DNA from: Candidatus Woesearchaeota archaeon
GTDB lineage: Archaea; Nanobdellota; Nanobdellia; Pacearchaeales; GW2011-AR1
Assembly (NCBI GenBank): GCA_964545065.1
Contig: CAZJEO010000002.1
Location: 68,879-132,878, forward strand
Length of the DNA: 64,000 bases
Reading direction: 5' to 3'
A program made the position numbers and the translations under genes. Below are positions 9,798 through 19,363 of this stretch, in pieces (the first letter of the stretch is position 1; each line of letters starts with the position of its first letter). The notes under the pieces were generated by a model that was given only the letters and a program-made list of their open reading frames with translations, did no database searches and was not told where the DNA came from.

Positions 9798-11279
9798 TCA
9801 TCTTATCTTTATTGGATTGTTATTTCTATAAAAATGAGTTGCTTTCTTAAGTCTGGATCTAGATTCTGAATAAATTGTCAATATTTTATCTCCTTTTTTT
9901 ATTTTGTCTTTTGTGGAAACATAAATATACAATCCTGAAAGCTTGTCTACCGGGCAACCAGCAACTCTTGCTAAGGAATTTATTTTTTTATTATGAATTT
10001 CTTTGATTGTTCCTGATTTTTTTGCATAAATTGTTTTTTTGAACTTTGCTAAAGTTATTTTTTTCAACGAACCTTTTTGTGCTTTGATTATTTCATCGAA
10101 TTTTTTGAATGCTTTTCCAGATGAAAGGATTTCTTTTGCCATTTCAATTCCTTTTGCTTTTTTTGCTTTGCCTGTCATTTCTAACAATTGTCCTGCGAGA
10201 AACAAAGATTTTTCTTCTAAATCTTTTGGACCTTTGGTATGGGGATTTAGAACATTGATAACATCCATTAATTCTAATGCAGGACCGACCCCGTTTCCCA
10301 TTGGCTCATTTGCTTCAATTAGAACTACTTTTAATTTTTTCTTGAAAACTTTTCCTAGGTATTCAAATTTCTTTTTTAATTTTAGGGCTTGTTGTTTATT
10401 GACTTTTGCTGTTTTTCCATAAGGAATATCTATCAAAATATATTTGCTTCCTGTTGCAAGTTTTTTTGACATTATTGAAGCTAATAACTGAGATGGTGGG
10501 TCTATTTTTAAAATTCTTTCAATCCTAATTATTTTTGAATCTGCTGGAACCATCCCTACAGAACCTCCCCAAATAATACAACCATTTGTTTTTTGAACTA
10601 TTTTTTTTAGCTCTTCTGCAGAGAATTCAACTTTTGCGATTGTTTCTATAACGTCTGCTGTTCCTGCTGCGCTTGTGATTGCTCTTGAAGAAGTCTTTGG
10701 CATTAATAATCCTGCAGAAGCGCATATCGCAACCACAATTGGAGTTGTTCTATTTCCAGGGATACCTCCTACTGAATGTTTATCTACAACAAATTTACTT
10801 TTGAAGGTTATCTGATTTCCTGTTTGGGATATTGCTTTAATTAAATAAATCGTCTCTTTCATATCCATACCATTTTCATACATTGCTGAAATGAAAAGTG
10901 CTATTTCTGCTTCAGATAAAGAATTGTTTACTATATCTTGGATAATTTTACTTATTTCTTTTTGAGTAAGCTTTTTTTTATTTAGTTTTTTCTTTATGTA
11001 AACTAAACTGCCTGTGACTTGGGACAACTCTACTCTAACTTTTTGTCCTTGTTTTAATCCAAGTTTATTTTTGAGTTCAGAAGAAATTGCTATTTCGTCT
11101 TTTGAGATTAATTTACTAATTGTATCAATTATTGTGTAAAAACTTTTTGGTTTTTTGGAAACTGTTGTAATACAAACGCGGTCTTTTGTATGGATTCCCA
11201 TTTTTTTTGCAGTTTCTTTATCGAGCATAGCTACTGGAAGTCCTGCAGACCAATCAAGAAGTTTAATTTTTAATTCCAT
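9798..11279 (-). CDS. deoA: AMP phosphorylase (archaeal thymidine phosphorylase family, DeoA)
   Basis: ~490 aa with the extra N-terminal domain typical of archaeal AMP phosphorylase. Also HSVGGIPGNRTTP and SSRAITSAAGTAD motifs of the family. Confidence 0.8.
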   Translation of the reverse strand: MELKIKLLDWSAGLPVAMLDKETAKKMGIHTKDRVCITTVSKKPKSFYTIIDTISKLISKDEIAISSELKNKLGLKQGQKVRVELSQVTGSLVYIKKKLNKKKLTQKEISKIIQDIVNNSLSEAEIALFISAMYENGMDMKETIYLIKAISQTGNQITFKSKFVVDKHSVGGIPGNRTTPIVVAICASAGLLMPKTSSRAITSAAGTADVIETIAKVEFSAEELKKIVQKTNGCIIWGGSVGMVPADSKIIRIERILKIDPPSQLLASIMSKKLATGSKYILIDIPYGKTAKVNKQQALKLKKKFEYLGKVFKKKLKVVLIEANEPMGNGVGPALELMDVINVLNPHTKGPKDLEEKSLFLAGQLLEMTGKAKKAKGIEMAKEILSSGKAFKKFDEIIKAQKGSLKKITLAKFKKTIYAKKSGTIKEIHNKKINSLARVAGCPVDKLSGLYIYVSTKDKIKKGDKILTIYSESRSRLKKATHFYRNNNPIKIR

Positions 11280-11323
11280 CTCTTTTCAATAATTAGAAAG
11301 ATTGATTTTTATATTTAACTAGA

Positions 11324-12415
11324 TTACTCTTTCTTATCTTTAATGAATTTCTGAACAAGTGAATTTTTACTTTCAGGGACTTCTTCTTGAATTAGAATTC
11401 CTTTTATTTTCTTGTCTCTATAAATTTCAAGAAATATTAGAAGATATGCGATTATTAGCGGTCCTAAAATAAATCCAAGGAATCCAAACATAAACAATCC
11501 TCCAATCATTCCAATTAAAAGAATTGCTGGGTGAATTTTTGATTTTCTTGCTACAATTATCGGTCGCAGAAAATTGTCGACAGTTGAAGAAATAAGTCCG
11601 AAGATTGCTACTCCTATTGCTGCAAAAATATTTCCGGTAATGAGAAGATATAATGCCACTGGTACCCAAATTATTACTGTGCCGATAATTGGGAATATAC
11701 CTGCTAAACCTGCCATGAACGTAAGTATAAGCGCATTTGGAACCTTAAATATAAAAAATCCTGCCCCAGCAATAACTCCTTGAATAAGGCCAACAATTAC
11801 TTGCCCATAAATAACTGAAATTGTGATTGCTTTTGTAGATTTGACTATTTTGTTTTCAACTTCTTTTGAAAAAGGCATTAAACTCCGAGCATAAGAAAAA
11901 AGTTGTTCTTTGTCTTTAAGTACAAAATAAAATGTGAATAATACCATTGCTAATTGGATTAAAATATTTGGAAGATTAAGAATCATTGCAGATAGAGAAT
12001 TTACCACTCCGTTTGTGATTTTTGTTGCGAAATTTGAAAGTACAGAGGATATTTCTTGTGTGAATTTTTCTGAAGAGAAAAGAGATGGAAAAATAGCTTT
12101 TATAGGTGCAATAAAATCAGTTTGTTGGGCAGATGCATAAAATTTAACTGCTTGATCTACAAAAATTGGTACTAAAAACCAAAAAGGCAGAATGATTAAT
12201 ACAATTAGTATAAGACATATTAGAATTGCGGAGAGGTTTTTTGATTTTACAATCTTGAGAAGTCTTTTGTAAATTGGTTCAAAAATAAAAGCAAGAATTA
12301 TTCCAACAATTACAGCTAGTAAGATTGGTCTTATTAGAAAAAAAGATAAAACTAGCAAGGCTATCAAAAGTATAGCTGCTGTAATTTTCTTAAAATAATT
12401 CTCAAGCATTTTCAT
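11324..12415 (-). CDS. AI-2E family transporter (PerM/UPF0118)
   Basis: Multi-TM protein with the characteristic C-terminal G-rich TM bundle (GLAGIFPIIGTVIIWVP, VDNFLRP). Confidence 0.7.
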   Translation of the reverse strand: MKMLENYFKKITAAILLIALLVLSFFLIRPILLAVIVGIILAFIFEPIYKRLLKIVKSKNLSAILICLILIVLIILPFWFLVPIFVDQAVKFYASAQQTDFIAPIKAIFPSLFSSEKFTQEISSVLSNFATKITNGVVNSLSAMILNLPNILIQLAMVLFTFYFVLKDKEQLFSYARSLMPFSKEVENKIVKSTKAITISVIYGQVIVGLIQGVIAGAGFFIFKVPNALILTFMAGLAGIFPIIGTVIIWVPVALYLLITGNIFAAIGVAIFGLISSTVDNFLRPIIVARKSKIHPAILLIGMIGGLFMFGFLGFILGPLIIAYLLIFLEIYRDKKIKGILIQEEVPESKNSLVQKFIKDKKE

Positions 12416-12457
12416 TTATTAAAGGTGGTTAAAATTTATAAAGGTTTGTGAATAAGT

Positions 12458-13168
12458 ATGAAAATGAATTTTATAAAAAAGATTTTTGATAATGAAATCG
12501 ACGAAGAAGTACATTTACAGTTCCAGAAATTTAGTAAAGGTGAATTTAGAAATCGGGCTATGATAAGAGTTAAATGTTCTGGGAAAAAGTGTACAATTTA
12601 TACTTCGGCTGAGTTTGCAAATGGGTTTGTGAGAATGGCTGCTGAAAAACTTGGTGAGGAGAAAACGCAAGTTACTGGGGCAATTGTTTCAACTTCTGAT
12701 TTAACAGAAGAGTTAGAGTTTAAAGAGAAAAAACAATTCCAAGGTGTTAAGAGATATCTTATTGATACTGAAATGTCTGGTACTGAAATTCTTGGGCTTT
12801 TGGATAAATTTCCAAAGACATTTTTTGCTTTGACTTTTAATGTTGGTGATGAAAAATTAAAGATTAAGCCAAAGGCTCCGAAATCTGGGAAACCTGGAAA
12901 GGGGGATGCAGAACCTAAAATTAATTTTTGTAAATTTGTGACAACCGATGCAAAGATTAAGAATAGTTTTGTTTTTGAAGATGCTAATTTTAAAGAGGCA
13001 ATTATTGACCACACGTTTGTGATTGAGGATATAGTTGTTCCAGATGAATTGAAAGATGAGAAAGATTTTTCTAAAGTTCGTGAAATGGCTAAGAGAAAGG
13101 GGAAAATTATCCGAGAAGCTAAAATTGACGAGCAAATTGTGAAAGAAGAGAAGGAATTTGAAGCTTAG
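12458..13168 (+). CDS. Hypothetical protein (236 aa)
   Basis: Intact ORF, no motif recognised. Confidence 0.4.
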   Translation: MKMNFIKKIFDNEIDEEVHLQFQKFSKGEFRNRAMIRVKCSGKKCTIYTSAEFANGFVRMAAEKLGEEKTQVTGAIVSTSDLTEELEFKEKKQFQGVKRYLIDTEMSGTEILGLLDKFPKTFFALTFNVGDEKLKIKPKAPKSGKPGKGDAEPKINFCKFVTTDAKIKNSFVFEDANFKEAIIDHTFVIEDIVVPDELKDEKDFSKVREMAKRKGKIIREAKIDEQIVKEEKEFEA

Positions 13169-13242
13169 TGTGGCGTGAGGGTTAGATAAAATAGTCTAAA
13201 GAGAACATATATATTTATTAAAGAAAAAGGATAAGAAAATTT

Positions 13243-13650
13243 ATGGAGTTAATAGATATCTTGAAGAGAAACCCAAATTTAACACTTAAAGATTTTCAGG
13301 AACTTCAAGGAACATATGATGGAAAATTTGTGGCTCAAAAATTTTCGGGTTTTGATAAAATAAGACATACTTATGCTCATATGGGTAAACTAATGGGGAG
13401 ATTGGCAGAATATATTCATGACATGGAAGAACAGGAAGAAGGAAATGTTTCTTCTGAGGACATAGAAATTAAAGTTATCCCTGATTTATTAGTTTATTCT
13501 GCTTGGCTTGCTGAAGAATTTAGCATAGATATCGAAGAAGCTGGCCTTAAAAGATTTGTAGGAAACTTGAGAAGACTTCATGCTGATAAAGTTCCTGTAG
13601 AAGAACTTGAAGAACTTGAGAGGTATGTGAAAGAAAGATTTGAGGTTTAG
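13243..13650 (+). CDS. Hypothetical protein (135 aa), possibly MazG-like all-alpha fold
   Basis: Intact ORF. The helical, acidic pattern is only weakly reminiscent of MazG-type proteins. Confidence 0.3.
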   Translation: MELIDILKRNPNLTLKDFQELQGTYDGKFVAQKFSGFDKIRHTYAHMGKLMGRLAEYIHDMEEQEEGNVSSEDIEIKVIPDLLVYSAWLAEEFSIDIEEAGLKRFVGNLRRLHADKVPVEELEELERYVKERFEV

Positions 13651-13865
13651 GGTTGCTTGAGAATAACTGAAATTATCTGAAGAACATAACCAAGGATAAT
13701 AAAAATCCAACCCAAATTTCTTAAAAGAGGATTTTCGTATTTTAGGGAAATTGCGGGCTTGCCACTCATAAAAATTCCACTCGCCTTTTGGGTTTGAAAA
13801 CCTTTAGCCAAGAAGAGCACTCCAAAGAAATTTAATATTAATCCGAATAATAAAATTGCCTCCAT
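13647..13865 (-). CDS. Small membrane protein (72 aa)
   Basis: Two hydrophobic segments. Convergent with the upstream gene. Confidence 0.35.
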   Translation of the reverse strand: MEAILLFGLILNFFGVLFLAKGFQTQKASGIFMSGKPAISLKYENPLLRNLGWIFIILGYVLQIISVILKQP

Positions 13866-13954
13866 CTTTATTTAATTGCTCTAAAATTTAACTAATTTCC
13901 CCCTTCCAAAACCCTTAAAAACTCCCTTTTTCTTTGTATTTTATCCAGGGTAGA

Positions 13955-13962
13955 AATAAAAT
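13955..13962 (+). promoter_or_regulatory. Candidate TATA box for the ribosomal supercluster (possibly a leaderless transcript)
   Basis: AAATAAAA centred about 27 nt upstream of the rpl3 ATG. No Shine-Dalgarno-like motif before rpl3. Confidence 0.25.
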
Positions 13963-13985
13963 GATAATTTCCGCTATATTGAGAA

Positions 13986-14954
13986 ATGCCTACAAGAAAA
14001 AGTCCAAGAAAAGGAAGTTTGCAGTATTGGCCACGGAAAAGGGTCAATAAATTTTTGCCTAGTGTGAACTGGGACGCGATTTCTGAAGGAAAAACAATCA
14101 AGGGATTTATAGCTTACAAAGCTGGAATGGTTTCTGCTTATGTTAAAGATAATACAGAAGATTCAATGACTAAAGGGAAGCACATTGCAATTCCTGCCAC
14201 AATAATTGAATGTCCACCAATGAAGATTTTTTCTGTTAGATTTTACAAAAATGGTTTGGCTGTGAAAGATGTTTTGGCTGAAAATTTAGATAAGGAACTT
14301 AAAAGAAAAGTTAAGCTTCCAAAAGTAAAGAGGAAATTTGAAGAGTTTGTGGCACCCAAGGGTGTACCCTCTAAAGAGGGCAAAGATTATGATAATATTC
14401 ATGTGATTTGTTATTCTGTTGTTAAGAATACTGGGATAAAGAAAACCCCTGATTTGATTGAGCTGGATATTTCTGGAAGCAATGAAGAAAAATTGAATTT
14501 CATTAAAGAAAATATTACTAAAGAAATTTCTGTTTTGGATGTTTTTGAGAAAGACCAACTTGTTGATGCTCGTGGATTGACTACTGGAAGAGGTTTACAA
14601 GGACCTGTTAAAAGATTTGGTATAACTTTGAAAGCAAGCAAATCTGAAAAAGGTAGAAGGCGACCAGGATCTCTTGGTCCGTGGCATCCAGCTCGTGTAA
14701 CATTTAGGGCTCCGCAAGCAGGACAATTAGGAATGTTCACAAGAATTATTTACAATAATAAAATAATTGAAATGGGAAAAAGCGCAGACAAGGAATTAAA
14801 GAACATCAAGAACTTTGGAGATATTAAAACAGATTATGTTATTGTTCAAGGTTCTATTATGGGCCCTTCAAAAAGACAGCTACTTCTTACATCACCATTA
14901 CGAGGAACTAAAAAACAACTCAAGAAAAATTATGAGTTGGTGGATTTAAGATGA
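13986..14954 (+). CDS. rpl3: 50S ribosomal protein L3 (uL3)
   Basis: MPTRKSPRKGSLQYWPRKR start typical of archaeal uL3. First gene of the conserved L3-L4-L23-L2 order. Short repeat insertion at 14352-14385. Confidence 0.95.
   Translation: MPTRKSPRKGSLQYWPRKRVNKFLPSVNWDAISEGKTIKGFIAYKAGMVSAYVKDNTEDSMTKGKHIAIPATIIECPPMKIFSVRFYKNGLAVKDVLAENLDKELKRKVKLPKVKRKFEEFVAPKGVPSKEGKDYDNIHVICYSVVKNTGIKKTPDLIELDISGSNEEKLNFIKENITKEISVLDVFEKDQLVDARGLTTGRGLQGPVKRFGITLKASKSEKGRRRPGSLGPWHPARVTFRAPQAGQLGMFTRIIYNNKIIEMGKSADKELKNIKNFGDIKTDYVIVQGSIMGPSKRQLLLTSPLRGTKKQLKKNYELVDLR
14352..14385 (+). repeat. In-frame palindromic mini-element, short form (inside rpl3; peptide APKGVPSKEGK)
   Basis: GCACCCAAGGGTGTACCCTCTAAAGAGGGCAAAG contains two hairpins, CACCC-AA-GGGTG and CCCTC-TAAA-GAGGG. 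Nearly identical to 19703-19736. Confidence 0.85.
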
Positions 14955-15742
14955 AAACAAAAATATTAGATATAACAGGGAAAGAAAAAGCAAGCATTGA
15001 ACTTGCAGATTGTTTTAGTCAGGCTGTGAGAGAAGATATTGTTCATAAGGTGTTGGAGGCTAAGAAAACTCAACAGCCGTATTCTCCGTCACCTGTAGCA
15101 GGAAAGCAACACGCTGCAAAAGGAAAGATGGTTCATAGAAGACATGTTTGGAGAAGTGGTTATGGTCGTGGAGCAAGTAGGGTGCCAAGAAAGATTTTCT
15201 CAAGACGTGGAAGTCAATTTAATTGGGAAGCTGCAGAAGTTCCATTTGCAAGAGGTGGTATGAGAGCTCATCCTCCAAAAGTTTTAGGACATATTAATAC
15301 TTCAAAAATAAATAAGAGAGAATTAAAGGTTGCATTTATTTCTGCATTGAGTGCAACAGCAAATGACAAATATGTTGTGAAAAAATATCATACTATTGAA
15401 GATGTTAAGAATTTGCCAATTATTATTGAAGGAAAAATAATGTCTTTGAAAACAAAAGATATTCTTGTTTTATTGAAAAATATTCTTGGAGAAAATTTAT
15501 TTAATGTTGCTGTTAGAAAAAAATCTGTGCGAGCGGGAAAAGGAAAAGCTCGAGGAAGAAAATATAAGACAACTGCAGGAATGCTTTTGGTTGTTGGAGA
15601 AAAAGAAGAATTAAAGACAAATGTATTTGATGTTAAAAAAGTAAATAGCCTTGGTGTGACTGATTTGGCTCAAGGTGGTTTAGGAAGATTGGTTGTTTAT
15701 ACTGAAGAAGCAATTAAAGAAATTGGGGAGAAGTTGAAATGA
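14951..15742 (+). CDS. rpl4: 50S ribosomal protein L4 (uL4)
   Basis: Conserved position and uL4-like sequence. ATGA overlap with rpl3. Confidence 0.95.
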   Translation: MKTKILDITGKEKASIELADCFSQAVREDIVHKVLEAKKTQQPYSPSPVAGKQHAAKGKMVHRRHVWRSGYGRGASRVPRKIFSRRGSQFNWEAAEVPFARGGMRAHPPKVLGHINTSKINKRELKVAFISALSATANDKYVVKKYHTIEDVKNLPIIIEGKIMSLKTKDILVLLKNILGENLFNVAVRKKSVRAGKGKARGRKYKTTAGMLLVVGEKEELKTNVFDVKKVNSLGVTDLAQGGLGRLVVYTEEAIKEIGEKLK

Positions 15743-15792
15743 AAGTAAATAGGAAATTTTCATTCATCCGCCATAAGAGGTATGTCGAATGA
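15739..15792 (+). CDS. Leader uORF upstream of rpl23 (MKVNRKFSFIRHKRYVE)
   Basis: Its ATG overlaps the rpl4 stop (ATGA) and its stop overlaps the rpl23 ATG (ATGA). AATGAAA is duplicated at 15738 and 15788. Contains the GTAAAT..AAATTTTCA core and a GAGG 8 nt before rpl23. Confidence 0.45.
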   Translation: MKVNRKFSFIRHKRYVE

Positions 15793-16025
15793 AACCAATA
15801 GTAACTGAAAAAGCTGTTATGATGATTGAAAGAGAAAATGTTTTGACTTTTGAAATTGAAAGAAGAAAAACCAAGACTGAAATTCAAAAAGAAATTGCAG
15901 AGATGTTTGGTGTGAAAATTGAGAAGACACGAACTTTTATCAAGAATGGAAAAAAATATGCTTATGTTAAATTAAATGAAAAGTCGCCTGCGATTGATGT
16001 TGCGACAAAGTTGGGGTTAATTTAA
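15789..16025 (+). CDS. rpl23: 50S ribosomal protein L23 (uL23)
   Basis: 78 aa, conserved position, uL23-like sequence. Confidence 0.9.
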   Translation: MKPIVTEKAVMMIERENVLTFEIERRKTKTEIQKEIAEMFGVKIEKTRTFIKNGKKYAYVKLNEKSPAIDVATKLGLI

Positions 16026-16026
16026 A

Positions 16027-16728
16027 ATGGGGAAACGAATAATTCAACAGGCGCGTGGAAAGGGAAGTAAGACTTACAGAGTTCGAAGAAAGGCTTTTAG
16101 ATTTAAAATAAAATACCCTAGCAAGTTAGAAGGCGAAGGAACTGTTATCAAGTTGCTTAATTCTCCTGGGCATACTGCTCCTTTGGCAAAAGTGAAATAC
16201 AACGAAGGAATTTTCTACATGCCTGCGTTTAAGGGAATGATTGAAGAACAAAAAATAAGTTTTGACAATAAAGAAATAAAAGAAGGAAACATTTTAGAAC
16301 TTAGAAATATTCCAATAAAAACTCGGATTTATAATGTTGAATCGCGACCTAGAGATGGTGGGGTTTTCGTAAGAGGTGCGGGAAATGTTGCAGAAGTTAA
16401 GAGAATTTCAGAAGAAGGAATTTTTGTTGCATTGCCTTCGAAAAAAGAAAGGAAATTTAACCCAAGTTGTAGAGCAACTGTTGGAGTTATTGCTGGTTCA
16501 GGAAGATTAGAAAAGCCAATTGTTAAAGCTGGGAAAAAGCACCACATGAAAAAGGCTAAGAACAAGTTGTGGCCTAGAACATCTGCGGTTAAGATGAATG
16601 CTATTGATCATCCATTTGGTTCTGGTAGAGGAAAAGTTCCAAAAAGCAAAGTTGCTAAGAGGAATGCACCACCAGGAAGAAAGGTTGGATTGATAAGACC
16701 TGCAAGAACAGGTAGGAGAAAAAGATAA
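16027..16728 (+). CDS. rpl2: 50S ribosomal protein L2 (uL2)
   Basis: MGKRIIQQARGKGS start, GHTAPLAKV and the conserved C-terminal basic region. Confidence 0.95.
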   Translation: MGKRIIQQARGKGSKTYRVRRKAFRFKIKYPSKLEGEGTVIKLLNSPGHTAPLAKVKYNEGIFYMPAFKGMIEEQKISFDNKEIKEGNILELRNIPIKTRIYNVESRPRDGGVFVRGAGNVAEVKRISEEGIFVALPSKKERKFNPSCRATVGVIAGSGRLEKPIVKAGKKHHMKKAKNKLWPRTSAVKMNAIDHPFGSGRGKVPKSKVAKRNAPPGRKVGLIRPARTGRRKR

Positions 16729-16958
16729 TGGAATATGGAAAAATGTCTGATGATGAATTGATGAAAGTATACGAAAGTAGATTGGAAAAAGTAAATGAAA
16801 TTAGAAAAAATCAAGGTTTAGGCGATGAAGAACGATTATCAGTAACAAGGGCATCAAGGAACAACTTAATTATTGAAACATTATCTTTAGATTGCGTAAT
16901 CCTGCGTCACCGAGCAGCAGAATCAATTAAATCATCCGCAGAATCATTAAAATATTAA
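16728..16958 (+). CDS. Small lineage-specific ORF (76 aa) intercalated between rpl2 and rps19
   Basis: TAATG overlap with rpl2, 1-nt spacer to rps19. No homology recognised. Confidence 0.5.
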   Translation: MEYGKMSDDELMKVYESRLEKVNEIRKNQGLGDEERLSVTRASRNNLIIETLSLDCVILRHRAAESIKSSAESLKY

Positions 16959-16959
16959 A

Positions 16960-17361
16960 ATGGCAACAGAATTAAAGAAAAAAGAAGCATTGTATAAGGG
17001 AAAGACAATCGAAGAATTGAAGAATTTAGAGACTCGGGAGTTTGCTAATCTTGTTCCTTCTAGATCAAGAAGAACTATTCTTCGACAGTTTAGAGAGATT
17101 GAGGATTTTGTTAATCGGGCAAAGGAAAAATTAGGAAAGAAAAAATCGATAAGAACTCACCAGAGAAACCTTGTTGTTGTTCCGAAGATGGTTGGAATGA
17201 GGATTCAGGTTTACAACGGAAAAGAGTTTGTGGCTATGGAAGTTACAATGGAAATGCTCGGACATAAATTCGGTGAATTTGCACCGACACGAGGAAAAAT
17301 AAAGCACGGAAGTGCAGGAGTGGGAGCTACTAAAGGTTCTAGAGCCAACGCTAAGAAATAA
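16960..17361 (+). CDS. rps19: 30S ribosomal protein S19 (uS19)
   Basis: GHKFGEFAPTR motif and conserved position. Confidence 0.95.
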   Translation: MATELKKKEALYKGKTIEELKNLETREFANLVPSRSRRTILRQFREIEDFVNRAKEKLGKKKSIRTHQRNLVVVPKMVGMRIQVYNGKEFVAMEVTMEMLGHKFGEFAPTRGKIKHGSAGVGATKGSRANAKK

Positions 17362-17362
17362 A

Positions 17363-18070
17363 ATGACAGAAAAAGATTATAATCCAGAACAGAAAAATAA
17401 AAAAGTGATGAACACGCAAAAGGTAGTTGGAAAAGTAAATGAATCTCCTGTAAAAAAGGAAACTGCAAAAATTGCGCCAGAGGAAAAGAAAATAGCTTCG
17501 CCTGGAGACGAAGGAGATAAAGAAGTAATTAATAACAAAGACAGCGGCGCTATTAAGACACCCAAGGGTGTACACCAAGGAGGTGCGAGTACCTCTTCGA
17601 GGCCTCGAGAAACTTCTGGAGAAGTTTCTACTAGGGGCAAAAAACAACCTGTAACTTCTAAAGTAAAAAAGAGTGAAGCAATTGTTAATGGAGTTGGTTT
17701 GCCTCTTTCAACAAAAACATCTGTTGCTATTTGTAAATTTATTCGTGGAAAAAGCATTCCAAAAGCAATTGCAAATTTAGAGCAAGTTATTGCTAAGAAA
17801 AAAGCTGTTCCAATGAAAGGCGAAATTCCTCATAGAAAAGGAAAAATTATGTCGGGAAGATTCCCAAAAAATGCTGCAGAATATTTTATTAAATTATTAA
17901 AGAATTTGCAAGCAAATGCAAACGCTAATGGTTTGGACGAGCCAGTTGTTGCTGAAGCTATGGCAAATATTGCGTCTCAACCTTATGGAAGATTTGGAAG
18001 AGTTCGAAGAAAGAGAACTCATGTTTTACTTAAGGCTAAAGACAAGAAAATGAAGGGAGGAAACAAATAA
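17363..18070 (+). CDS. rpl22: 50S ribosomal protein L22 (uL22) with a ~95-aa N-terminal extension
   Basis: ATG 1 nt after the rps19 stop. The conserved uL22 core starts near GLPLSTKTSVAICKFIRGK. The extension contains the long repeat element. Confidence 0.85.
   Translation: MTEKDYNPEQKNKKVMNTQKVVGKVNESPVKKETAKIAPEEKKIASPGDEGDKEVINNKDSGAIKTPKGVHQGGASTSSRPRETSGEVSTRGKKQPVTSKVKKSEAIVNGVGLPLSTKTSVAICKFIRGKSIPKAIANLEQVIAKKKAVPMKGEIPHRKGKIMSGRFPKNAAEYFIKLLKNLQANANANGLDEPVVAEAMANIASQPYGRFGRVRRKRTHVLLKAKDKKMKGGNK
17558..17641 (+). repeat. In-frame palindromic mini-element, long form (rpl22 N-terminal extension; TPKGVHQGGASTSSRPRETSGEVSTRGK)
   Basis: ACACCCAAGGGTGTACACCAAGGAGGTGCGAGTACCTCTTCGAGGCCTCGAGAAACTTCTGGAGAAGTTTCTACTAGGGGCAAA. 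Inner stem AGAAACTTCT/AGAAGTTTCT. Confidence 0.9.
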
Positions 18071-18834
18071 TGGAAGAAAGAAATACAGTTAAATTTAGAA
18101 AAGATGAATTTGCTATCAAGGAATATATTAAAAAGCAACTTGGAAAAGGTAAGGTTAGCAAAGTTAGGATTGAATACACTCCTATTGGGGAGAAGATAAT
18201 TGTTTCAACAAGCAAGCCTGGTTTGGTTATTGGGAGAAAAGGAGAGAGAATTGAAGAGTTGACAATTATTTTGAAAAAGAAGTTCAAGCTTGAGAATCCG
18301 ATAGTTGAGATTGATGAGATTTTAAACCCAGAGTTTGATGCTCAGATTATTGCTGATGAGATTGCGCTTGGGTTAGAGAGGAGTGGGCCGTTGAAGTTTA
18401 AAGTTATTGCTTATCGGACATTGCAGAAAATAATGGGTGCAGGAGCTCTTGGAGCTGAGATAGTTATTGGGGGAAAATTGCCAGGAGCAAGGGCAAAATC
18501 CTGGAGGTTTGCTCAAGGATATTTAAAGAAAACAGGAGATAGTGCAAAGATTGTTGACAGAGCGAAATCAACTGCGCAAACAAAACCAGGAACTGTTGGA
18601 ATTAAAGTTAGTATACTTTCACCAGATGCTGTCTTTAAGGATAAAATAAAGATTGATGATGAAGTTATTGCAAAATTAAAGAATGCTGCAGAGGAAGTTG
18701 CGCCCAAGGGTGTACCCCGAGATATTTCTAAAGAAATATCTACCGAGGGCAAAGAGCAACAGAAAAAGAAAATAGTAAAAACTAAACTGGTATCTAAAGG
18801 TGTACCTTCTAAGGAAGGCAAGGCGGCGAAATAA
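18070..18834 (+). CDS. rps3: 30S ribosomal protein S3 (uS3)
   Basis: KH domain (LVIGRKGERIEEL) and conserved position. The C-terminal tail holds two repeat copies. Confidence 0.95.
   Translation: MEERNTVKFRKDEFAIKEYIKKQLGKGKVSKVRIEYTPIGEKIIVSTSKPGLVIGRKGERIEELTIILKKKFKLENPIVEIDEILNPEFDAQIIADEIALGLERSGPLKFKVIAYRTLQKIMGAGALGAEIVIGGKLPGARAKSWRFAQGYLKKTGDSAKIVDRAKSTAQTKPGTVGIKVSILSPDAVFKDKIKIDDEVIAKLKNAAEEVAPKGVPRDISKEISTEGKEQQKKKIVKTKLVSKGVPSKEGKAAK
18700..18754 (+). repeat. In-frame palindromic mini-element, medium form (rps3 tail; APKGVPRDISKEISTEGK)
   Basis: GCGCCCAAGGGTGTACCCCGAGATATTTCTAAAGAAATATCTACCGAGGGCAAAG. Inner stem GATATTTCT/AGAAATATC. Confidence 0.85.
18793..18823 (+). repeat. 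In-frame palindromic mini-element, short form, diverged (rps3 tail; SKGVPSKEGK)
   Basis: TCTAAAGGTGTACCTTCTAAGGAAGGCAAGG. The stem is CCTTC/GAAGG instead of CCCTC/GAGGG, a paired compensatory change. Confidence 0.65.
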
Positions 18835-18835
18835 A

Positions 18836-19048
18836 ATGGCAATACTTAAAACAAAAGAAATTAGAAACATGAGCGTTGGAGATAGAGAAAAGAAAATGAA
18901 AGAATTGAAAATGGAATTGGTTAAATCTCGATCTGGAAATTCAAAGACAGGTAACAAAACAAAAGAGATTAAAAGGATTATTGCAAAAATACTTACACTC
19001 AACAAAGCCGAGGAGAAATCACCTCAGGAGGTTGAGAAAAACAAATAA
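18836..19048 (+). CDS. rpl29: 50S ribosomal protein L29 (uL29)
   Basis: MAILKTKEIRNMS..ELKMEL is typical uL29. ATG 1 nt after the rps3 stop. Confidence 0.9.
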   Translation: MAILKTKEIRNMSVGDREKKMKELKMELVKSRSGNSKTGNKTKEIKRIIAKILTLNKAEEKSPQEVEKNK

Positions 19049-19049
19049 C

Positions 19050-19346
19050 ATGGAAATATGTCCGAAATGTGGTTTGCCTGAGCAAGCCTGCGTGTGTGAG
19101 CAGATTGTGAAAAGTTCACAAAGGATAAAGGTAACAACAGACCGTAAAAGATACGGTAAGATCGTCACTGTTGTTTCTGGATTTGGAGAGGGGATAGACG
19201 TGAAGAAGATCGCAAAAGCTCTGAAAAACGAGCTTGCTTGTGGGGGAACCTCCAAGGACAATGTGATCGAGCTTCAAGGCGACCACAGGAAGAAGATGAC
19301 AGGCCTGTTGGTTGAGTTAGGGTTTGAAGAAAACTCCATCGATTGA
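19050..19346 (+). CDS. Translation initiation factor SUI1 (aIF1)
   Basis: N-terminal CPKCGLPEQACVC zinc knuckle and the SUI1 core (GKIVTVVSGF..ELACGGT). G+C visibly higher than neighbouring genes. Confidence 0.85.
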   Translation: MEICPKCGLPEQACVCEQIVKSSQRIKVTTDRKRYGKIVTVVSGFGEGIDVKKIAKALKNELACGGTSKDNVIELQGDHRKKMTGLLVELGFEENSID

Positions 19347-19363
19347 ACACACAAAGAAACAAA

